A DNA stretch of 64,000 nucleotides from Pseudomonadota bacterium. Lineage in GTDB: Bacteria > Desulfobacterota > Desulfobacteria > Desulfobacterales > JBDRRP01. Shown in pieces: positions 37,718 through 48,616 of this stretch. How positions within the stretch are numbered: position 1 is the stretch's first letter; each line of letters begins with the position of its first letter. Below the pieces are notes generated by a model that searched no databases, was not told the DNA's origin, and saw nothing but the letters and a program-made list of their open reading frames with translations. The stretch lies in NCBI GenBank assembly GCA_043825735.1, contig JBDRRP010000009.1, positions 1 through 64,000 on the forward strand, read 5' to 3'. The position numbers were made by a program, and so were the translations under genes.

Positions 37718-38224
37718 ATGAAGGAGAAAACGCAGAAAAACGTCTACGATGCATTTATCGGTGAAGCAAAAGCGTATTTCAGACTTCTGGCATACGCCGA
37801 CAAGGCCGAGGAAGAGGAGATCCCTCAGATCGCCCTGCTGTTTCGCGCCATTGCCGAGGCCGAGCGGGTGCATGCCATGCGGAACCTCAACCTGATGAAG
37901 GAACTCGTGGTCAAGGACACCGACACCAACCTGGAAAAATCCTTTCAACGCGAGAAGAACGTCAGCGAAAACGCTTACCCCAATTTTATCAGTGACGCCG
38001 AAGCCGAAGGCGAAACACTGGCCGCCACTTTTTTCAGCCACGCCCGGGACGCCGAGTCATTCCACGCAAAGCTCTATGAGCGGGCCATCACCAGCGTCAT
38101 CAGAGCCGAGGTGAAGGCTTATCATGTCTGCCAGGTCTGCGGGTACGTCACGGATAAAAAAATTCCTGAAAAGTGCCCGGTCTGCGGGGCTCCCAAAGAA
38201 CAGTTCAAGACCATCGGCAACTGA
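37718..38224 (+). CDS. Rubrerythrin family protein
   Basis: 'AFIGEAKA', 'AEAERVHA', 'DAESFHA' and rubredoxin-like 'CQVCGY...CPVCG'. Confidence 0.93.
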   Translation: MKEKTQKNVYDAFIGEAKAYFRLLAYADKAEEEEIPQIALLFRAIAEAERVHAMRNLNLMKELVVKDTDTNLEKSFQREKNVSENAYPNFISDAEAEGETLAATFFSHARDAESFHAKLYERAITSVIRAEVKAYHVCQVCGYVTDKKIPEKCPVCGAPKEQFKTIGN

Positions 38225-38498
38225 GTGCCGATGTGGGTGGCTTCGCTGGCGGCCGGGCAGCGCCGGCATCCGACTGAAAGTTTATGGCTCCCTTTGCTGA
38301 GACCGACGGCGACGTTTCGGCGCGGCACGGATTATTGATGCACTCAAAATAAACCATGACATTTTTCGGAGTGGCACTATAATGGCAATGCCCGGAGCGC
38401 TCCCCGGGGTTGCCCGCCTCGGGGAAACCGGAGGTTATTGCTATGGAAACCCGAAGTCTCATGCAGGGACTCCAAAAACGATACAGACGGATTCGACA

Positions 38499-40577
38499 AT
38501 GCGCGACCTGCCATCCGCTCCGGAAAGTACCTGTGCCCGCAGTGCCGCCACCCATGACAGCGATGCCCAATACAGAGCGCTGCTCGAAAACATACCCGAT
38601 GTGGTCTACGCCCTGGATGCCGACGCCAGGGTGGCCCATATCAACCTGCCCGCCACCACTTTCTATGGCCACCCGGCCGAGGAAATCGTCGGGGCCTCGT
38701 TTTTAGAATTCATCAGTCCCGAGGACCAGGAAAAGGTCGCGCAGTCTTTTATGGCGGCCCTGGAAACCCGGCGGGAATGGACCAAGGGGCTCCAGTTCAG
38801 GGTAACTGCAAAAGACGGATCGATTCAGTGGGTGGAGGTCAACGCCCACGCTCATTTCACCGCCGACGGCAGCTTTCTCGGGGAAGAAGGCACCCTTCGC
38901 AACATCACCGCGCAAAAAGCGACGGAGGCCGAGTTGCTGCGGATACAGTGTAATCTGGAGTCTCTGGTGACCGCCCGGACCGCCGAACTGGAGCAAAGAA
39001 ACGCCCAGCTTGAAAAGGAAATCCAGCGGCACGCCGCTACCGTTGCCAAGCTCGCAGAAAAGCGGCGGATTTTGCAGGAGCGCGATGCCTGGTTTCGGGG
39101 CATCCTGGATGCGGTAAAGGCCGGCCTGGTGATCATCGACGCTGATACCGGCAGGGTGGTAGACGCCAATCCCGCCATTTTAGATCTGCTGGCGACCACG
39201 CGGCAGGCGTTCATCGGCTCCCCGTTCAGCAGGTACGTGAGTCCGGGGGCGCAATCTGAGTCCTGCGCTTGGGACGACGGCATCCCTGGCGACCAGATGG
39301 AATGCGAGCTTGCAGCTACAGACGGCAGGCGGATACCGGTGCTCAGAATCGGCAGCGCCCTGGGAATCGGACAGTGCCGTTACCAGGTGGTCTGCATCAC
39401 CGATATTTCCGAGCAAAAAGCCCTGGAGGAAACCCTTCGGCAGGCGCAGAAGATGGAGGCCATCGGCACGCTTGCCGGGGGCATTGCGCATGATTTCAAC
39501 AACATTTTAATGGCCATCATCGGGTTCACCGAGATGGCTGCGGCTGAATTGCCTGACACCTCTCCGATACATAAAAGCCTGCAGGAAGTGCTCCAGGCCG
39601 GTTTGCGGGCCAAAGACCTGGTAAGCCAGATATTGACCATCAGTCGCAAGCACCCCCTGAGTAAAAAGCCCTTGGACCTGGTGCCGGTTGTGAAGGAGGC
39701 CCTGCGCCTGATGCGCGCGACGCTGCCGGCAACCGTGGTGATTGAACAGGTCTTCGCCGCTGATGTTGACACCGTTCATGCCGACAGCGGGCAAATCCAC
39801 CAGATCGTGATGAATCTCTGCCGGAATGCCTCTCAGGCCATGGGGCAGAACAGCGGCGTCATTACCGTTCGCCTGGACGCTATCACCCTGGATACGGACC
39901 GCATCGCGGGCATTCCGCACCTCGGGCCTGGGCGTTACGTCCGCCTGGAAGTTCAGGACACCGGCTGCGGCATGCCTCGTGAGGTGGTGCGATCGATTTT
40001 CAACCCATATTATACAACCAAAGAGATGGATGAGGGCACCGGTCTGGGGTTGTCATTGGTCCACGGGATCGTTCAGGGGCACGGCGGCGGCATCTGCGTG
40101 AACAGTACGCCTGGCCGCGGCAGTACGTTCACCGTGCTGCTGCCGGTTACCGCGGCCTGCGAGGTCGCCGAGGAGACCAGTGCGGCGGACGCGCTGCATC
40201 AGGGAGTGGGGCATATCCTTTTTGTGGACGATGAAGAAGCGATTGTGCGCCTGGGGAAGTGGGGGCTTGAGCGATTGGGGTATACGGTTGATTCAGACAT
40301 TTCTCCTGCGGCCGCATTGGCGCGTTTTGGGGCAGACCCGGCGCGATTTGACCTGGTCATCACGGACGTGACCATGCCGGAGATGACCGGAGACGAACTG
40401 GCCGCCCACATTCGCCGGATTCGTCCGGATGTCCCCATCATTCTGAGCACCGGATACAGCCACATGGTCAGCGACGCGCAGGCTCGAAAAGAAGGCTTTG
40501 CCGCGCTTTTAGACAAGCCCATTCGGTTCCACGAACTGGCGGCCGCCGTGCACCGGGTGCTCCAGTCAATATCGTGA
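38499..40577 (+). CDS. PAS-domain hybrid sensor histidine kinase/response regulator
   Basis: Two PAS-like regions, H-box 'GGIAHDFNNIL', 'MNLCRNA', 'DTGCG', 'GTGLGL' and receiver 'VDDE...ITDVTMPEMTG...KP'. Confidence 0.93.
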   Translation: MRDLPSAPESTCARSAATHDSDAQYRALLENIPDVVYALDADARVAHINLPATTFYGHPAEEIVGASFLEFISPEDQEKVAQSFMAALETRREWTKGLQFRVTAKDGSIQWVEVNAHAHFTADGSFLGEEGTLRNITAQKATEAELLRIQCNLESLVTARTAELEQRNAQLEKEIQRHAATVAKLAEKRRILQERDAWFRGILDAVKAGLVIIDADTGRVVDANPAILDLLATTRQAFIGSPFSRYVSPGAQSESCAWDDGIPGDQMECELAATDGRRIPVLRIGSALGIGQCRYQVVCITDISEQKALEETLRQAQKMEAIGTLAGGIAHDFNNILMAIIGFTEMAAAELPDTSPIHKSLQEVLQAGLRAKDLVSQILTISRKHPLSKKPLDLVPVVKEALRLMRATLPATVVIEQVFAADVDTVHADSGQIHQIVMNLCRNASQAMGQNSGVITVRLDAITLDTDRIAGIPHLGPGRYVRLEVQDTGCGMPREVVRSIFNPYYTTKEMDEGTGLGLSLVHGIVQGHGGGICVNSTPGRGSTFTVLLPVTAACEVAEETSAADALHQGVGHILFVDDEEAIVRLGKWGLERLGYTVDSDISPAAALARFGADPARFDLVITDVTMPEMTGDELAAHIRRIRPDVPIILSTGYSHMVSDAQARKEGFAALLDKPIRFHELAAAVHRVLQSIS

Positions 40578-40584
40578 TCCGGCG

Positions 40585-42119
40585 TTACCGCCAACCGCCG
40601 GGATTCTTGGACGCCGCGCTTTCCCATTGCTGCAGCGTTTTTTCGAGTCGATCCGCCACATCCGGATAGGTGTCGATGACGTTGTAGCTTTCACCCGGGT
40701 CGATGGACAGGTCGTAGAGCAGCGGCCAGCGGTTACCGAGCTGGTCTTTTCCCAGCTTGTCGGGAACGGCTGCGGCATCCAACGGGATGGGCCAGACGTA
40801 GCGGTTGAATTTCCGGAAATACTTCCATCGCTCCACGCGAACCCCTTCCAGAAGATCGTAATGGTAGAAGTACAGCGCCTTGTGGGGGGAGGCATCTTCT
40901 CTCCCGGTCAACTGGTTGATCATGTTGCATCCGTCGATGATGCGGTCGCTTGGCAGTGGCACACCCGCCAGTGAAAGTACCGTCGGGTAGATGTCAATGT
41001 TCATCAGCGGGGCGCTGGCGGTGCTTCCGGCCGGAATACGGCCGGGCCAGCGGGCGATCAGGGGGACGTGGAAGCCCCCCTCGTAGCTTTGGCCTTTCCT
41101 GCCCCGGAACGGTCCGGCGCTGCCTTCGAACCAGGGGCCGTTGTCGCTGGTGAAAAAAACCAGGGTGTTGTTGGCCACGTCCATCTCCTCGAGTGTTTCA
41201 AAGAGGCGTCCCACGCTCCAGTCGATCTCCTCCACGGCGTCACCGAATTTGCCTGCCTTGGATTTTCCGGCGAAATCCTTTGATGCGTAGAGCGGCTGAT
41301 GCGGGAAGGTGTGGGCGAAATAGAGGAAAAATGGCTGCCCGCCACTTTCACGGACAAACCGTATGGCTTCTTCGGTGTAAAGACCGGTGAGCCGGGCCTG
41401 ATTGGTGCCGATGTCGGGTTCGAGCATCTGCTCGTTTCGAAACAGGGGGCAGGGGCGCATGTCGTTGCTGTGGGGCACACCGAAATAAAAGTCGAATCCA
41501 TTTCTCAGGGGGTTGAAGGACGGCTCCTTGCTGTAGTCGCCCAGGTGCCATTTGCCGGCCATACCCGTGCGGTATCCGGCGCTTTTCAATGCTTCGCTTA
41601 AAAGTATTTCCTTTCCTGGAATGCCCGGTACCGTAGCCCCTTCCCGGATATCGAGGACTCCCAGTGATTTGAGCGAACCGCCCACATAGTCTCTGGCGAT
41701 GCGTCGGCCGATCGGTCATCTCCGGGGTACACGTTGCCAATGACGCCGGATCGAAACGGGTACCGGCCGGTGAGCAGTCCCGCCCGGGACGGGGCGCAGA
41801 CGCCGCTGCACGCGTAGTAGTCGGTGAGCCGAACGCCTTCTTTTGCCATGCGGTCGATGTTCGGTGTGGCGATGGCCCGGCTGCCGGTGACCCCCAGATC
41901 CCCGTAGCCCAGGTCATCGCAGTAGATGATGATGATGTTGGGCCGATCGGCCGGCGGGCTCACATCCGGTGCCGACTGAGCAAACACGGGCGCGGTGGCA
42001 GCTCGGGGGATCAGCAGAAGACTGATGACCAGTGCCAGGACCATCAAAACCCGTGTCACACCGATTACCTTCGCGGTGCTGATGTCACGGGGTGCAACCG
42101 GAATGGTCAGTGCTCTCAT
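40585..42119 (-). pseudogene. Arylsulfatase split by a single frameshift
   Basis: 5' frame holds 'DDLGYGD' and '[13 protein letters not shown]'. 3' frame holds 'GYRTGMAGKWHLG', 'FTSDNGP' and 'GRKGQSYEGG'. One extra base near 41715/41716 joins them. Confidence 0.85.
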
Positions 42120-42177
42120 GGATGACGCTCCAATCGCGTGTCCCGATTTAACTGCCCCCTGCCGCGGGGCGCCGTGG

Positions 42178-42744
42178 CTAATTGGTTTTTGGCGGAAACT
42201 GCGCCAGGGTCTTGTCCACGGCCTCGTTGATCAGCGCGGTGGACGCTTCAGGGGTGGGGTGCTCCGGCACGATAAACGTGGCGTTGCCCCGCCACAGGAG
42301 TGTTCCGTCAGATGGGCGAATAAGGTCGATAATGAGCAGACCCTCATCATAGCTTCTCACGTCCGCACCCGTTCCGAGCATCACGCCGCCCCCGCTGCCG
42401 CCGGTGCCGTAACCGACCCCGACACTGCCCCGGGTGCCGGTGGAGTGAATCTGCTGCCGGATTTGGTATTGGTAAAGCACCTGGACGTCGACATCCCCTG
42501 TTGATGCGTCGCGCAATCCTTTTCCGGCGAGCCCCATTTCAACGGCGGCTCTGATCCGCGCATCCATCAATGGACTGTCCACCCGGACATCGCCGGTTTT
42601 TTCCTGAACGGCAGACGCCCAGGCGAATGTGGTGATAGCTGAAAAATCGGTGGTTTCCTTGTAGTCCTGGCTCACCTGAACCGTCGAGCAGCCTAAAAAA
42701 ACGGTCATTGCCAGGGCAAAAACGGCATTGTGGTATCGTATCAT
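42178..42744 (-). CDS. DUF4136-like lipoprotein
   Basis: Lipobox 'FLGC', 'QDY...DFS..TFAW', Gly-rich segment and '[10 protein letters not shown]...LWRG...LAQFPP'. Confidence 0.82.
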   Translation of the reverse strand: MIRYHNAVFALAMTVFLGCSTVQVSQDYKETTDFSAITTFAWASAVQEKTGDVRVDSPLMDARIRAAVEMGLAGKGLRDASTGDVDVQVLYQYQIRQQIHSTGTRGSVGVGYGTGGSGGGVMLGTGADVRSYDEGLLIIDLIRPSDGTLLWRGNATFIVPEHPTPEASTALINEAVDKTLAQFPPKTN

Positions 42745-43022
42745 TGGTCTACCCCCTTTCAAAGATGACCAGACTATCATAGTTATCTTATGACAATTGA
42801 TCAATCGAACGCGGGCGGGCTGCGATGCGCTTATAAAAGCCCATTTAAAATGTCTTGATACGCAGCGCCAGACAGGATAAAAACATAATTATATCTGCGC
42901 ATTACAGTTATGTTGGCAACCCGGAAACGAGAAATCGATGCCGCCCGGCCATTGCTCGGGCGCCAGCTTTTCATATCAAAAACCATTGTTTGGGTCCATG
43001 TACAAGGAGACCTTAGACCGGT

Positions 43023-44075
43023 ATGCTGACCCGACGCGACGTGTTGAAAACCTTCTGCGCACTTCCTTTTATCGGCTGGCTGCCAAGGCTTGGGAACGCT
43101 GAGAATCTCATTGATTTTTCGCAGTTGAAAACAGGCTATGCCAAGCGGCTGAAGAAAATTCTGGCCGCCGGCGAGCTGCCTTATATCGATATCGAAAGCT
43201 CGTGCAACTCCACGAAGGTGGATATCGATTCAATCGCAAAAACCATGGACCGGCTCAACATCGGATTGATGGCACTGTCGGCAGATATCGGCAAGGGGCA
43301 GTTTGAAAAAGGCGTGCGTTTTGACAACTTGTCTGAAAGGCTGATCTCCGGTTATCCGGACCGGTTCATTCCCGTGGGCAACGGCGGGCAGCCGCCCGAG
43401 CTGACAGAGGCGCCGGACGAATTCATCGATGCCCAGGAAGCCGCCATCGGGCAGAAGCAGATGATGCTTCTGGGCGAATACGAATTTCGCCACTACCCAT
43501 CGCCTAGGCAGGTCAAGCGCGGCGATAAGGACCGCGATGTCCACGTGCAGATCGACGGCCCCACGGGGCACCGGGTTTTCAGCCTGAGCGCGCGAACGGG
43601 CATGGCTTTTCAAATTCACTATGAAATCGAGGATGACCTTCTGACGCCCCTTGAAACAATGATGACGCAATATCCGAAGGCCACCGTGATCTGGTGCCAT
43701 CTGGCGCAGATCCGCTACATCGAGCGCACATCCCGCTATACGCCTGAATACGTCGAGGCCCTGATCCGGCGATTTCCGAATCTGTACTTCGATACCGCTT
43801 TTGGCGATGCCTCGTCGGTATATCCCCCGAGCAGGCAGCGGCATGCGCGGGTATGGGCCACCTTTGGCGGTCTCAAGTCCGAATGGGGTGATCTGATTGT
43901 GGCCTATCCGGGGCGATTTCTGTCTGCCCTGGACCTCGGGCAGGATCGCCTCGACAGAATCGCCGAGTGGGATAAGAATCACAGGGCTTTCCTGAAATGT
44001 TTGCCGGACGAGACCCGGCATCAAGTGGCCTACCGGAGCGCGTGGAAGCTTTTGTTTGGTGAGGATTTTAGCTAG
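43023..44075 (+). CDS. Tat-exported amidohydrolase family protein
   Basis: Twin-arginine signal 'TRRDVLK', 'GEYEFRHYPS', 'QIHYE', 'IWCHLAQ' and 'NLYFDT'. Confidence 0.75.
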   Translation: MLTRRDVLKTFCALPFIGWLPRLGNAENLIDFSQLKTGYAKRLKKILAAGELPYIDIESSCNSTKVDIDSIAKTMDRLNIGLMALSADIGKGQFEKGVRFDNLSERLISGYPDRFIPVGNGGQPPELTEAPDEFIDAQEAAIGQKQMMLLGEYEFRHYPSPRQVKRGDKDRDVHVQIDGPTGHRVFSLSARTGMAFQIHYEIEDDLLTPLETMMTQYPKATVIWCHLAQIRYIERTSRYTPEYVEALIRRFPNLYFDTAFGDASSVYPPSRQRHARVWATFGGLKSEWGDLIVAYPGRFLSALDLGQDRLDRIAEWDKNHRAFLKCLPDETRHQVAYRSAWKLLFGEDFS

Positions 44076-44235
44076 AGCCCATCCATAAATACCCCCTCCC
44101 CTGGTGGGAGGGGCCAGGGGAGGGGGCGGGTGGGTATCAGATGATCTCTTGTTATCTGTGGGTTGTCACCCTCACCCCAGCCCTCTCCCATTGAGGGCTG
44201 GAGATGGGCAAGAGGCTTTCCATGGAGGAACAATA
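44073..44235. mobile_element. MITE family A copy (reverse relative of 1513-1664)
   Basis: Starts TAGAGCCCATCCATAAA. Contains 'ttgtcaccctcaccccagccctctccca' and 'gcaagaggctttc', complementary to the 1513 copy. Confidence 0.72.
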
Positions 44236-44256
44236 GTCACGGGGTTAAAGGCAAGA

Positions 44257-45036
44257 ATGAATTTTCACCAAACAGATCTCAATGATTTGAGAAAAGCGAA
44301 GACGCTTTTGGAAAATCCGGGCATCGCGGCAAAAATCACAAATTTGCTGGGCGCTCCGATCGAGAAGGGATTTGAACTGCTGCCGGAAAACTGGAATGTG
44401 AAAATCAGTGAAATCACCCGGGCGGCGCTGTCCAAGGCCATTCATGCCGCAGTGCTCACAATGAAGGATGCGCCGGGTGAAAAGGCGTCCAATATCTGGC
44501 ACAAATTGGCGGTGGCCACGACAGGCGGCATCGGTGGCTTTTGGGGATTGCCCGCTCTGGCCATAGAGCTGCCGATATCGACGACGATCATGCTGCGCTC
44601 CATTGCCGATATTGCCAGAAGCGAAGAAGAGAACATCGCGGCGATTGAAGCCAAAATCGCCTGTATCGAAGTGTTTGCACTGGGCGGGCCGAGCAAGCGG
44701 GACGATGCCACCGAGTCCGGTTATTATACCGTTCGCGCCGCATTGGCGCAGTCGATTTCAAAAGCGGCGGAATATATTACGGAAAAAGGCCTCGCCGAAG
44801 AAGGCGCCCCGGCGCTGGTCCGGCTCATCGTTCAAATCGCAGAGCGCTTCAGCATCCAGGTTTCGGAGAAAGCGGCCGCACAGGCGGTCCCGGCTATCGG
44901 CGCCGCCGGCGGGGCGCTGATCAATACGATATTTATCGATCATTTCCAGAATATGGCGCGCGGTCACTTTATCGTTCGTCGGCTTGAAAAAAAGTATGGC
45001 AAAGAAATCGTTGAAAATGCTTACAGGTCACTTTGA
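44257..45036 (+). CDS. EcsC family protein
   Basis: 'GGFWGLPALAIELPISTTIMLRSIADIARSE' and 'AQAVPAIGAAGGALIN..FIDHFQ.MARGHFIVRRLE'. Confidence 0.85.
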   Translation: MNFHQTDLNDLRKAKTLLENPGIAAKITNLLGAPIEKGFELLPENWNVKISEITRAALSKAIHAAVLTMKDAPGEKASNIWHKLAVATTGGIGGFWGLPALAIELPISTTIMLRSIADIARSEEENIAAIEAKIACIEVFALGGPSKRDDATESGYYTVRAALAQSISKAAEYITEKGLAEEGAPALVRLIVQIAERFSIQVSEKAAAQAVPAIGAAGGALINTIFIDHFQNMARGHFIVRRLEKKYGKEIVENAYRSL

Positions 45037-45114
45037 GCCGGCGCTCGCAGTATCCATCACGGCTTTGTTTAGTGGCCTGACTCGGGAAACACACTTTTTT
45101 CGGGCTTGTCAAAA

Positions 45115-45249
45115 TTGATGCTTCCGTAAAAAGTCCGAACCTCTCGCAAAGCCGCAAAGATCGCAAATGCAACACACTAATATTAATGGAGTTTTTCTTG
45201 GCGTGCTTAGCGTCTTTGCGAGAAAATTGCTTTTTTACGAGTTCGACAA
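45115..45249. mobile_element. MITE family B-related copy with CGCAAAG inverted arms
   Basis: TTGATGCTTCCGTAAAAAGT ... CTTTTTTACGAG ends with interior 'tctcgcaaag...ctttgcgaga'. Confidence 0.62.
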
Positions 45250-45371
45250 GATTATTGTCCTGGGGAAATCACCCTTTTCGATAGTGACAGTGTCCCCTCT
45301 CGGAAACGAACTGCCCGGGCAGCAGCGGGTGCTGGTACAGGGCCTAGTTGACTTGCCATTGAGCAACGGAT

Positions 45372-45974
45372 ATGAAGCGCACGCAATCCAAATCGAACCA
45401 GTGGGCCGACCACTACACCCGGCAGGCCAAAAAGGATCATTTCCCGGCCCGTTCGGTGTACAAGCTCCAGGAACTGCAGCAGAAATTCAAGCTGCTGAAA
45501 AAGGGTGACCGGGTTCTGGACCTGGGGTGCGCCCCGGGTTCCTGGACCAAGTATGCCGCCGGCATCGTGGGCTCCGGGGGCCGGGTGGTGGGAGTGGATC
45601 TCACAGCGGTGGCCATCGACCTGCCGCCCCAAGCCGTGACCATGGTCGGTGATGCCTTCGATCTGCCGCCGGCGGTGCTGGATACGGCCGGGGGCGTTTT
45701 CACGGTGGTGCTCAGTGACATGGCGCCGTCCACCACCGGTATCAAGAACGTGGACGCGACCCGCTCCGAGGCCCTGTGCGAGAGTGCCCTGGAAACCGCA
45801 CGCCAGCACCTTGCGCCCGGCGGTGTGTTCGTTTGCAAGATTTTTCAGGGCGCTGATTTTAACAGCGTCATTCAGGCCGTGAGGCAGTTGTTTGACAAGC
45901 AAAAAACATTCAAACCCCAGAGCACCCGAAAGGCCAGCAAGGAGATCTTCATCATTGGCCTGGGAAAGAAGTAG
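45372..45974 (+). CDS. rlmE: 23S rRNA Um2552 methyltransferase
   Basis: 'ARSVYKL', '[10 protein letters not shown]', 'VLSDMAP', 'KIFQG' and '[10 protein letters not shown]'. Confidence 0.95.
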   Translation: MKRTQSKSNQWADHYTRQAKKDHFPARSVYKLQELQQKFKLLKKGDRVLDLGCAPGSWTKYAAGIVGSGGRVVGVDLTAVAIDLPPQAVTMVGDAFDLPPAVLDTAGGVFTVVLSDMAPSTTGIKNVDATRSEALCESALETARQHLAPGGVFVCKIFQGADFNSVIQAVRQLFDKQKTFKPQSTRKASKEIFIIGLGKK

Positions 45975-45982
45975 GAGGAATC

Positions 45983-46723
45983 ATGTCGGGCCACAATAAA
46001 TGGTCATCCATCAAGCATCGCAAGGGCGCGCAGGACAAAAAGCGCGGGAAAGTCTTTACCAAACTGATCAAGGAAATCACCGTGGCGGCGCGCGCCGGCG
46101 GCGGAGATCTCACGGCCAATCCTCGGCTGCGCACGGCGATTGCCGCGGCAAAGACGGAGAACATGCCCAAGGACAACATCGATCGGGCCATCAAAAAGGG
46201 TACCGGGGATCTCGACGGCGCCAGTTATGACGAAATCCTCTATGAAGGATACGGGCCCGGCGGCGCCGCCGTCATGGTGGAGAGCCTGACCGACAACAAG
46301 AACCGCACGGTCGCTGAAATCCGTCACATCTTTACCAAGGCCGGAGGCAACCTGGGCGAGTCGGGGTGTGTGGGGTACATGTTCGACAAAAAGGGCTATC
46401 TGCTGGTGAGCAAGGAAACCGCCAATGAGGACCGGTTGATGGAGATCGTCCTGGAGGCCGGTGGCGAAGACGTCCGCGACGGCGGCGATGATTTCGAAGT
46501 GATTACCGAGCCCCAGGATTTCGAGGCGGTGTGCGAGGCTCTCGACGCGGCCGAGATCGCCTACACCGACTCGGAGATCACCATGTTGCCGCAGACGACC
46601 AACACGCTCGAGGGCAAGGAAGCCGAGCAGATGATGCGGCTGCTGGAAAACCTTGAAGACAGCGACGACGTGCAGAAAGTGTACACCAACGCCGACTTTG
46701 CCGACGAGGAAATGGAAGAATAA
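45983..46723 (+). CDS. yebC: YebC/PmpR family protein
   Basis: '[15 protein letters not shown]', 'YEGYGPGG', 'TDNKNRT' and 'DDVQKVYTN'. Confidence 0.96.
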   Translation: MSGHNKWSSIKHRKGAQDKKRGKVFTKLIKEITVAARAGGGDLTANPRLRTAIAAAKTENMPKDNIDRAIKKGTGDLDGASYDEILYEGYGPGGAAVMVESLTDNKNRTVAEIRHIFTKAGGNLGESGCVGYMFDKKGYLLVSKETANEDRLMEIVLEAGGEDVRDGGDDFEVITEPQDFEAVCEALDAAEIAYTDSEITMLPQTTNTLEGKEAEQMMRLLENLEDSDDVQKVYTNADFADEEMEE

Positions 46724-46823
46724 AAAACGGCGCTGAACTGCGCGCCGTTTTTATTGAGGGGAAAGAGAAAACGTCGCTGAGAGAAAATGGAAAACCCGGT
46801 CACACCCTGTGGCCGGGTTTTTT
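46723..46823 (+). terminator. Two tandem intrinsic terminator hairpins
   Basis: AAAAACGGCGC..GCGCCGTTTTT and AAAACCCGGTCAC..GTGGCCGGGTTTTTT. Confidence 0.7.
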
Positions 46824-46954
46824 GTGTGGAAAACGGCCACAGCGAAACGGGACGCTGATCCTCCTTCGCAAAAGCTAAGGCTACGGCGGACAAGTGAACG
46901 CAGATAACGCTGATAAAGATTAGCGGCCTGCGGCCGAAGGGCAACTGCAAAGAC

Positions 46955-47205
46955 AAAAAACATTGAACCGCCCGCTTCGCTAAAGTACGCAAAGATCGCA
47001 AAGAAAAATCAGCGACATCGGGTGCCCGGCTCCGCCGGCCTACGATCTCGCGATGGTTTTACGCGTAACTGACAGTGCCACACCAGTGGGCACTGGGCTC
47101 AGTGCAAGGCACTTTTGTTCGAATCGTGAGCCGGGGCGCTTTTTCCCGGTGACCCGATTCGGACAAACTTCGCGTCCTTCGCGTCCTTGGCGGTTCGATG
47201 TTTTT
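46955..47205. mobile_element. MITE family C copy (about 250 bp, TIR AAAACATTGAACCGC)
   Basis: Reverse-complement homolog of 48207-48461 along its whole length. Confidence 0.8.
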
Positions 47206-47268
47206 CGCCTTTTCTGTCGTCTGTCCTCTGTGATCTGTAGTCTGCCTTCGGCCCCTCGAACCCTTCTT

Positions 47269-48162
47269 CTAAGTTATCGCAATCATCCGCTCTACGGCCT
47301 TTAATGCCGGTAGCCGGATGGCTTCGGGCACCTTCACTTCACCGCTCATGTTCTCCAGGCTGGAGACCACATCGGCCAGAGAGATTTTTTTCATGTTGCG
47401 GCAGGTCATTGTCTCCGATGCCGGGTAGAAAAACTTTCCGGGGCAGGCCTTGCGCAAGGGGTGGAGCAGTCCCATCTCGGTTCCCACGATGAAGGCCATT
47501 TCTTCAGACGTTTCCGCGTGGCGGATCATCCCGGAGGTGCTGGCGATGACATCGGCGATGTCCAGAATTTCCGGCCGGCATTCCGGGTGGGCCATAAACA
47601 CCGCCTCGGGGTGGGCGACCCGGGCAGCGGCCACGTCGGCCGGTGTGAGCCGTTCGTGGGTGGGGCAGTAGCCGTCCCAGATATGAATCGTTTTGCCAGT
47701 CTGACGGGCGGCGTACATGGCCAGGTTGCGGTCCGGGGTCATGAGCAGCTCGTCACCGGGGATGCTTCGGGCCACCTTGACCACGTTTGCCGACGTGCAG
47801 CAGATATCGGAGAGCGCTTTGACGTCGGCCGTGGAGTTGACGTAGGTCACCACGGGCACGCCCGGCAGTTGGGCCTTTCTGATGGCCAGCCCCTCGGCGG
47901 TGATCATGTCGGCCATCAGGCATCCGGCGTCATGACGGGGCAGCAGCACGGTCTTGCCCGGCGACAGGATGGAGGCGGTTTCCGCCATGAAGTGCACCCC
48001 GCAAAAGACGATCACCGCGGCATCGGTGGCCGCCGCCTTACGGCTCAGCTCCAGGGAGTCGCCGCAAAGATCTGCGCAGTCCTGTATCTCGGCAGGTTGG
48101 TAATTGTGGGCCAGCATGATGGCGTTTCGCTGTTTTAGAAGTTCTCTGATCCTGTTTTTCAC
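47269..48162 (-). CDS. nadA: Quinolinate synthase
   Basis: 'AHNYQ', 'GDSLEL', '[11 protein letters not shown]', 'YVNS', 'CTSAN', 'AHPEC' and three Fe-S Cys. GTG start after GAAAGGAA. Confidence 0.96.
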   Translation of the reverse strand: MKNRIRELLKQRNAIMLAHNYQPAEIQDCADLCGDSLELSRKAAATDAAVIVFCGVHFMAETASILSPGKTVLLPRHDAGCLMADMITAEGLAIRKAQLPGVPVVTYVNSTADVKALSDICCTSANVVKVARSIPGDELLMTPDRNLAMYAARQTGKTIHIWDGYCPTHERLTPADVAAARVAHPEAVFMAHPECRPEILDIADVIASTSGMIRHAETSEEMAFIVGTEMGLLHPLRKACPGKFFYPASETMTCRNMKKISLADVVSSLENMSGEVKVPEAIRLPALKAVERMIAIT

Positions 48163-48206
48163 TGGTAGTTCCTTTCGAAGGTGCCCTTCGGGCAGCCCAA
48201 GGCGCG

Positions 48207-48461
48207 AAAAAACATTGAACCGCAAAGGGCGCGAAGGACGCGAAGTTTTGTCCGAATCGGGTCGCCGGGAAAAAAGCCTCCCGGCTCACGATTCGAACAA
48301 AGGCGCCTTGCACTAAGCATGATGTCCACCGGTGCGACACCGCCAGTTAAGTGCAAAACCATCGGCGGGATCGTAGGCCGGCGGAGCCGGGCACCCGATG
48401 CCGCTGATTTCCCTTTGCGCTCTTTGCGACCTTGAGCGAAGCGGGCGGTTCAATGTGTTTT
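48207..48461. mobile_element. MITE family C copy, inverted relative to 46955-47205
   Basis: Shared blocks such as 'catcgggtgcccggctccgccggcctacgatc' and 'gttcgaatcgtgagccggg' in opposite orientation. Confidence 0.8.
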
Positions 48462-48568
48462 CGTTTGGCTGTTGCTTTTCGGCCGCAGGCCGTACCCCTT
48501 TAGGTTTTAATCCGTGTGATCTGCGGTTAATTCACCCTTGCAGTTGGTTTACGGCCGAAGGCCGCCAA

Positions 48569-48614
48569 CAATCCCTCAATCCCTCAATCCCTCAATTCCT
48601 CAATCCAAAATCCC
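48569..48614. repeat. AATCCCTC octamer tandem array
   Basis: caatccctcaatccctcaatccctcaattcctcaatcc right after the lolA stop. Relatives at about 1847 and 15680. Confidence 0.75.
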
Positions 48615-48616
48615 CC

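Noticed and set aside
47110..47135. tRNA-like T-loop (GTTCGAATC)
   Set aside because: No cloverleaf, acceptor stem or CCA. It is part of the family C repeat.
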